From the IMG/VR virus record IMGVR_UViG_3300021093_000048: DNA of 20,000 nucleotides. The stretch is one strand, 5' to 3'. This document shows, piece after piece, positions 17,720 through 20,000 of the stretch (positions are counted from its first letter, which is position 1; each line of letters opens with the position of its first letter). Below the pieces are notes generated by a model, which saw only the letters and a list, made by a program, of their open reading frames with translations, did no database searches and was not told the origin of the DNA. This DNA is from an uncultured virus (IMG/VR IMGVR_UViG_3300021093_000048). Taxonomy: Duplodnaviria; Heunggongvirae; Uroviricota; Caudoviricetes. The translations under genes and the position numbers were made by a program.

Positions 17720-17779
17720 AGTATGGCACGGATTCGGGCGATCCACAAGGGGGGTTGTACCACTTATCTGATTGGCACA
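17720..17779 (-). promoter_or_regulatory. Early promoter copy 4
   Basis: Dyad on the plus strand TGTACCA-N10-TGGCACA (17756-17779); TTGTGG (17748-17743), 17-nt spacer, CATACT (17725-17720). Confidence 0.8.
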
Positions 17780-17884
17780 TACTCGATTTGGTGCTGCCCG
17801 ATGGTATGCTGTCCCGTCTTGATTGTGTCTCGCTGAGATCCCCTGCTGTGACAGTGCTCAAAACCGAAAAAAGTTGCAATTCTA

Positions 17885-17922
17885 CGCGGAAGGGGCATCA
17901 GATCATCCCCGACGCCCCCGCG
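17885..17922 (-). other. GC-rich hairpin downstream of the helicase gene
   Basis: Minus-strand RNA CGCGG-GGGCGUCGG-(GGAUGAU)-CUGAUGCCC-(CUU)-CCGCG: 14 pairs including two G-U pairs, with no adjacent 3' U-tract. Confidence 0.55.
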
Positions 17923-17949
17923 ATCAAAAAAAGAGAAAGTATAGACGAA

Positions 17950-19188
17950 TCAGCAAAATGCCAGGGGAGGTACACCTTCCTTGAAGATTGCATCCACAAC
18001 ACGTTGCAAACGAGTCGCAATCGCGCTACCATATTTGCCTGTCATCGGCACAGTAACGTATCCACAAGGTTTCTTGTAGAGGTGAAACGCACCGACAGGA
18101 ATACGACCCTCGCTAACAGCATCTCGGTCATCTTTATGCACACGGATAACACGACCGATCGTTTGTGCCATCTCGATGATAGGCAAATTGCGAAGCAGTA
18201 CGGTATGCGTCAGACCAGGCACATTGATGCCTTCAGAGAGAATGGAGTAGTGAAAGATGATAAACTTACGATCACTCTGACCCCACTCAGTCAGGGTCTC
18301 GAAGAATACCTCACGACCAACTTTCTGATCGTTGATGTAAGCACCGTGCTTAGCAGTGATGTGCATCACCTCGTAACCTTTCTCCTTGAGAGTGTGCAGA
18401 ATGTCAGTCTGCGAAAGCATACGCCAGAGAATCTTTGTGTTAGGAGCAGCAACAAGAATCTTTGCAGCATCAGCAACATCGAGACTCTCAATGATGCCCA
18501 CCAGGTTGTCACGATCTACGTCGTGGGCGTTATGCTTTGTGCGGACAAGATCGGTGTCGAAAGGTACAATTTGAGGTGGCACAATCGCACCACCTGCGAT
18601 CAACTCAGGAGCAGGCACATTCTCCAGCACACCACCCCACACCTCGCTATTGTCCATCCCGCGAAGTACAGAATTGCCGCGACCGTAGCGCGGAGTTGCA
18701 GTAAAATAGTAGCGACGTTTAGCATACTTAGAAGTAGCAAACACACTAGCAAAGAAAGATTTGCTGCAACCGTTATGTGCCTCGTCAAAGTATATCGTAT
18801 CAATGTCGATGCCAGCATCAACAATGCGGGGCAAACTGTGATAGGTGGTGAAGATAATACAGGACTCACCTGCTGCTCGCGCAGTATTGTTGAAGAGTGC
18901 AATCTCTTCAGACTTTGTTGTGCTGAAGTGGTGCGTTTCTCCGCTATGGACGTGCATCACATGCAGATCATTTTGAGTCAGAAACTCAAGAAACTCGCTA
19001 GAGAGTTGATTAGCAAGAAGAATACGCGGAGCAACTACAACAACCGTGCCCTTGTTTTCTTTCAACCAGCGCAGACAATCAGCGATCATGATGTAAGTTT
19101 TACCGCCGCCAGTTGGGCAGTAGATTTGCCCATAAAGATGCTGCATCATTGCATCGTAGGAGCGTTGTTGATGTGGGCGAAGAAGCAT
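17950..19188 (-). CDS. Superfamily 2 DEAH-box helicase (ResIII/DEAD-like), stand-alone
   Basis: 412 aa. Motifs: LRPHQ (Q), PTGGGKT (I), APRILL (Ia), TTYHS (Ib), DEAH (II), TATP (III), LSEGINVP (V), QTIGRVIR (VI). Confidence 0.92.
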   Translation of the reverse strand: MLLRPHQQRSYDAMMQHLYGQIYCPTGGGKTYIMIADCLRWLKENKGTVVVVAPRILLANQLSSEFLEFLTQNDLHVMHVHSGETHHFSTTKSEEIALFNNTARAAGESCIIFTTYHSLPRIVDAGIDIDTIYFDEAHNGCSKSFFASVFATSKYAKRRYYFTATPRYGRGNSVLRGMDNSEVWGGVLENVPAPELIAGGAIVPPQIVPFDTDLVRTKHNAHDVDRDNLVGIIESLDVADAAKILVAAPNTKILWRMLSQTDILHTLKEKGYEVMHITAKHGAYINDQKVGREVFFETLTEWGQSDRKFIIFHYSILSEGINVPGLTHTVLLRNLPIIEMAQTIGRVIRVHKDDRDAVSEGRIPVGAFHLYKKPCGYVTVPMTGKYGSAIATRLQRVVDAIFKEGVPPLAFC

Positions 19189-19209
19189 AAGTGATCAATC
19201 AATGAATAT

Positions 19210-19267
19210 AGTATTGCATAAAAAAGAGGGTTTGTCAACCCTCTTGTACCACTTGCTTGGGTGTCCT
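19210..19267 (-). promoter_or_regulatory. Early promoter copy 5 (helicase promoter)
   Basis: TTGACA (19238-19233), 17-nt spacer, AATACT (19215-19210) with TGn. Degenerate dyad TGTACCA-CTTGCTTGGG-TGTCCT (19245-19267). Confidence 0.75.
19220..19245 (-). terminator. Intrinsic terminator of the YkgJ-like gene
   Basis: AAGAGGGTT-GACA-AACCCTCTT stem-loop running into TTTT on the minus strand. Confidence 0.7.
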
Positions 19268-19840
19268 CAGTTTAGTTTTTTTCTCTTTACTTTCCTCGTA
19301 AGGTAGGGGTGCTGATGGATATTTTCCGTTGTTTGCTGCTTGTGTAATTGCCATATTTCTTTTTGCCATATTCTCTATAAACTCTGGACTTCCAGTATGA
19401 TACCAATTTGCACCAACTTGATACTCTAGATTGTAACTATTTGCCGTGGCAAATCGCATCACCCAGTTTAGCACTTCTGCCTTCACAGTATTATATCCCT
19501 CCTTCATTTGCAGGTAATAAACACCAGGCAAGTCGTCTATATTTCTAAAGGTAAGTATAACATCCGACTTGCTTGGTTTCATCCATTTGGGAAACGTGAC
19601 TGGAAACTGTAACCAAGCGCACATGTATTGTTGACAGATTTCTGGACGTTTATCGTAAATTGAGCAACCACCAGCACATCCACCTGGTTCTACAAAATGG
19701 CAGGGATTTCCCTCATTGGCAATATAATCGTAGACCTGCACTGGTAGGAATCCCTGGCAGCACATTGTACAATCGCCACACTCATGTTTGTATCCAATTT
19801 TGTCCACAAAGTAGACATTTTCTTGTGTATTTTTATTCAT
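19235..19840 (-). CDS. YkgJ/CxxCxxCC-family cysteine-cluster (Zn or Fe-S) protein
   Basis: 201 aa. CGDCTMCC...CHF...C...CSIYDKRPEICQQYMC is the CxxCxxCC family signature. Confidence 0.85.
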   Translation of the reverse strand: MNKNTQENVYFVDKIGYKHECGDCTMCCQGFLPVQVYDYIANEGNPCHFVEPGGCAGGCSIYDKRPEICQQYMCAWLQFPVTFPKWMKPSKSDVILTFRNIDDLPGVYYLQMKEGYNTVKAEVLNWVMRFATANSYNLEYQVGANWYHTGSPEFIENMAKRNMAITQAANNGKYPSAPLPYEESKEKKTKLRTPKQVVQEG

Positions 19841-19842
19841 AA

Positions 19843-20000
19843 TCAGTTAAGAATGTGACGATAATCAATGGATTTGATGCACCAACCTGTCCAAGAAGTG
19901 ATCTCTTCAATGAGATCATCTTCATCATCTGCCTCCCAGATGTGTCCTACTGTATCGTCGATGATGTCATTCATCTCAGCGTCTGTGATCTCATCCTCAG
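19843..20000 (-). CDS. Acidic hypothetical early protein, 5'-partial
   Basis: Hand-translated C-terminus: EDEITDAEMNDIIDDTVGHIWEADDEDDLIEEITSWTGWCIKSIDYRHILN. The stop lies 2 nt before the YkgJ-like ATG. Confidence 0.75.
   Translation of the reverse strand, partial: EDEITDAEMNDIIDDTVGHIWEADDEDDLIEEITSWTGWCIKSIDYRHILN

Noticed and set aside
16363..17746. ORF-track starts at 16410, 16712, 17075 and 17746
   Set aside because: These N-terminal extensions run through promoters or neighbouring genes, so I chose downstream ATGs.
13923..17836. Plus-strand ORFs in the early region (106, 134, 87, 273 aa and others)
   Set aside because: All promoters and coupled genes here are on the minus strand, and the longer plus-strand ORFs are in-register shadows.
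17755..19194. 479-aa plus-strand ORF as a real gene
   Set aside because: It is exactly in codon register with the helicase, has no motif or plus-strand promoter/RBS that I could see, and is explained by codon avoidance.
14553..19267. Repeated motif read as a CRISPR array or attC-type integron cassettes
   Set aside because: Spacing is irregular (0.6-1.8 kb), the copies are degenerate, no cas or integrase gene is present, and -35/-10 geometry explains the repeats.

Overview
Segment of a T4-like myovirus genome, most likely a cyanophage; every credible gene is on the minus strand. The left part (1-~13,660) is an AT-rich late structural block. It holds a >2,400-aa baseplate wedge protein (gp7-like, running off the window, with YHYH-like and LamG-like regions), gp6, gp25, two small ORFs, a Cys-rich PAAR tip protein, an 842-aa putative virion protein, a coiled-coil ORF and an AbrB-like protein. 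A ~280-bp non-coding junction (13,660-13,940), read into by a consensus sigma70 promoter, separates it from the right part. The right part is a visibly more GC-rich early region of small hypothetical ORFs, an SF2 helicase and a YkgJ-type Cys-cluster protein, driven by five repeated sigma70-like promoters that each carry an upstream TGTGCCA-N10-TGGCACA dyad. The most notable unexplained signals are: five cyanobacterial-type DnaA-box-like 9-mers (TTTTCCACA) at 14,859-14,928; the promoter-driven non-coding junction (candidate origin or ncRNA); a nested hairpin enclosing the start codon at the head of the gp25-gp6-gp7 operon; and a structured element after the helicase. All calls are by eye, with no database searches.
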